Below are positions 62,285 to 63,894 of a stretch of DNA of 63,894 bases, piece after piece. The notes beneath the pieces are model-generated. The model made no database searches, was not told the DNA's origin, and saw nothing but the letters and a program-made list of their open reading frames with translations. A program made the translations under genes and the position numbers. The DNA comes from Rhynchobatus australiae (lineage: Eukaryota). The number at the start of each line of letters is the position of its first letter. The first letter of the stretch is position 1. The stretch spans positions 27,235,877 to 27,299,770 of the forward strand of contig JAUZTB010000017.1 of NCBI GenBank assembly GCA_034780895.1, read 5' to 3'.

Positions 62285-63190
62285 TTTTTATTCATTTTTT
62301 TCAGGGTCTGGGAATTACTGGCCAGGCCAGCATTCATTCTGTATCCCTGATTGCACTTGAGATGAAGGTGGTGAGGCACCTTTTGAACCATGCAGTCCTT
62401 TGTGTTGCTGTGCTCCTTGAAAGCTGGAGTGTTATGTGACTTGGAGGGTAACATGCTTGCAATGATGTTCCTACGTCCCTGAAACACTTGTCGTTTTGGT
62501 GTTAGAGGTTCTGAGTATGGGAGGTGCTGTTGGAGCAGCCTAGATGGGTAACTGCAATGCATTTTGTAAATAGACACACTGTTGCCACTGTGCACCAGTA
62601 GTGGCGAGAATGAATGTTAAGGGTGGTGCATAGGATACCAGTCAAGCAGCTTAATTTGTCTTGGATGGTGTCAAGCTTCTTGAGTGCTGTTGGAGCAGAA
62701 CTGATCCAAGCAAGTGGAGAGTATTCTGTCACATTCCTGACTTGTGCTTTGTAGATGGTATTAAAGACTTTGGGGCATCAGGAGATGAGTCACCACTGGG
62801 TATCCAGTCTTTGCTTTGCTCTTGTAGCCAGGGTATTTATAGGGCTGGCTCATTTGCATTTCTGGTCAGTGGTGATTCCCAGGATGTTGATGCTGGTGTC
62901 TTGGTGATAACGATGCCATTAAATGTCAAGGATAGGTTTTCAGACTCTTTTGTTGGAAAAGGTCATTGCTTGGCACCTTTGTGACACAAATGTTACTTGC
63001 CATTTGTCAGCTGTGTCTGAATGTTGTATCGGTCTTGTTGCGTGCTTCATTTGCTGAGGAGCTGCAAAAGCAATTGCACAATTATCCCCACTTCTGACCT
63101 TATGATGGAAGGAAGGTCCTTGGTGAAGGAGCCAAAAATGGTTGGGCCAAGAACAGTGTTTTGAGACAACCTGCAATGATGTTTTGGGTT
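62285..63190 (-). mobile_element. L2/CR1-clade LINE 3' fragment
   Basis: ORFs encode SQNTVLGPTIF, EYSPLAWISSAPTALKKLDTIQDK and IYKMHCSYPSRLLQQHLP, with a tail aatgctggcctggccag and an A-rich end. Confidence 0.9.
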
Positions 63191-63472
63191 GATCGTGTGT
63201 TTATTTCTATATTTTCCCCCAACATAAGTTCCATAAGAGTGAATATCCATTTCCAGAATGGCTGTAATGCAGGGATTGCCTGTATTGGTTTACTCAATAC
63301 GTAAAGCGGAGTTAATCGGGCAGCTATTGCTAGCTCAGTCAGGACTCGGCCAAATCAATCACTGGTGGCGTGACCAAGCCACCTTTGGTTGAGGCCATTC
63401 TGTGCTCATGTCAGCGGATGACTTCCTTTGGGTGAGCATGCTCTGCTGGGCCATTTGTGGGTTCACTCACCC

Positions 63473-63894
63473 TGTCACGGCTGTAGAGGAGGCTTGACCC
63501 AAAAGCAGAGCAACGGTAAAGATTTAGCAGTGAATGATGACTTTAATAATTGACTGCAAAGCTGTGAGGGGCCCCAAAACAGGAGAGAATAGAAACTAAA
63601 CATCACAGGTAAACGTAGGCAGGGAGAGTAAAGCTAGGAGCGACTGGTTGGGACCAGCTGGTTCGATGAGTGAACAGGGTCTGTGAATGAGAACTGGGGT
63701 TAAATAGGCTGCAGGCGGTGAGTCTGGAACTTGTGTCTCGTGAATCCTGTTATCTGAGTGGGGATTGGAAGATGCCTGCATATGGTGTCCGTGGCAGTAG
63801 GCCGGACACATTCTCCACCTCGAGTACATTCTCTTCCTTGTTACTTTCAGTGCTCTCTCAAAATAAACTACCACGTATTTGGAAGCAGATATAC
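63473..63894 (-). mobile_element. possible LTR-retrotransposon LTR fragment
   Basis: Begins tgtcacgg...gacccaaaagcaga...ctttaataa...ggggttaaatagg, a layout reminiscent of fish Gypsy LTRs read backwards. No second end or TSD is visible. Confidence 0.3.

Overview
This window is eukaryotic, repeat-dominated and non-coding. The repeat families (HE1/V-type SINEs, a DeuSINE/SacSINE1-like SINE, CR1/HER1-like, L2/CR1, RTE and Rex1/Babar LINEs, Penelope-like elements) point to a cartilaginous fish, probably a ray; this is inferred from family recognition, not from a database search. It is a gappy scaffold with about 15 N-runs, several exactly 100 N. I cannot support any host protein-coding exon, so it looks like a large intron or intergenic DNA. 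Every protein-like ORF I recognise is a decayed transposon fragment. Four structures stand out. (1) A Penelope-like (GIY-YIG) insertion with a 12-bp TSD, an inverted head and a fold-back junction, plus a set of short, often palindromic Penelope-derived ends carrying minimal hammerhead-ribozyme cores on one or both strands. (2) A TG...CA element with long inverted ends and a 4-bp TSD (Ginger-like or inverted-LTR). (3) A V-core SINE that appears to carry a Rex1-type tail instead of the CR1-type tail. (4) A spliced Harbinger Myb/SANT gene relic. Element boundaries are read by eye and are approximate unless motif coordinates are given.
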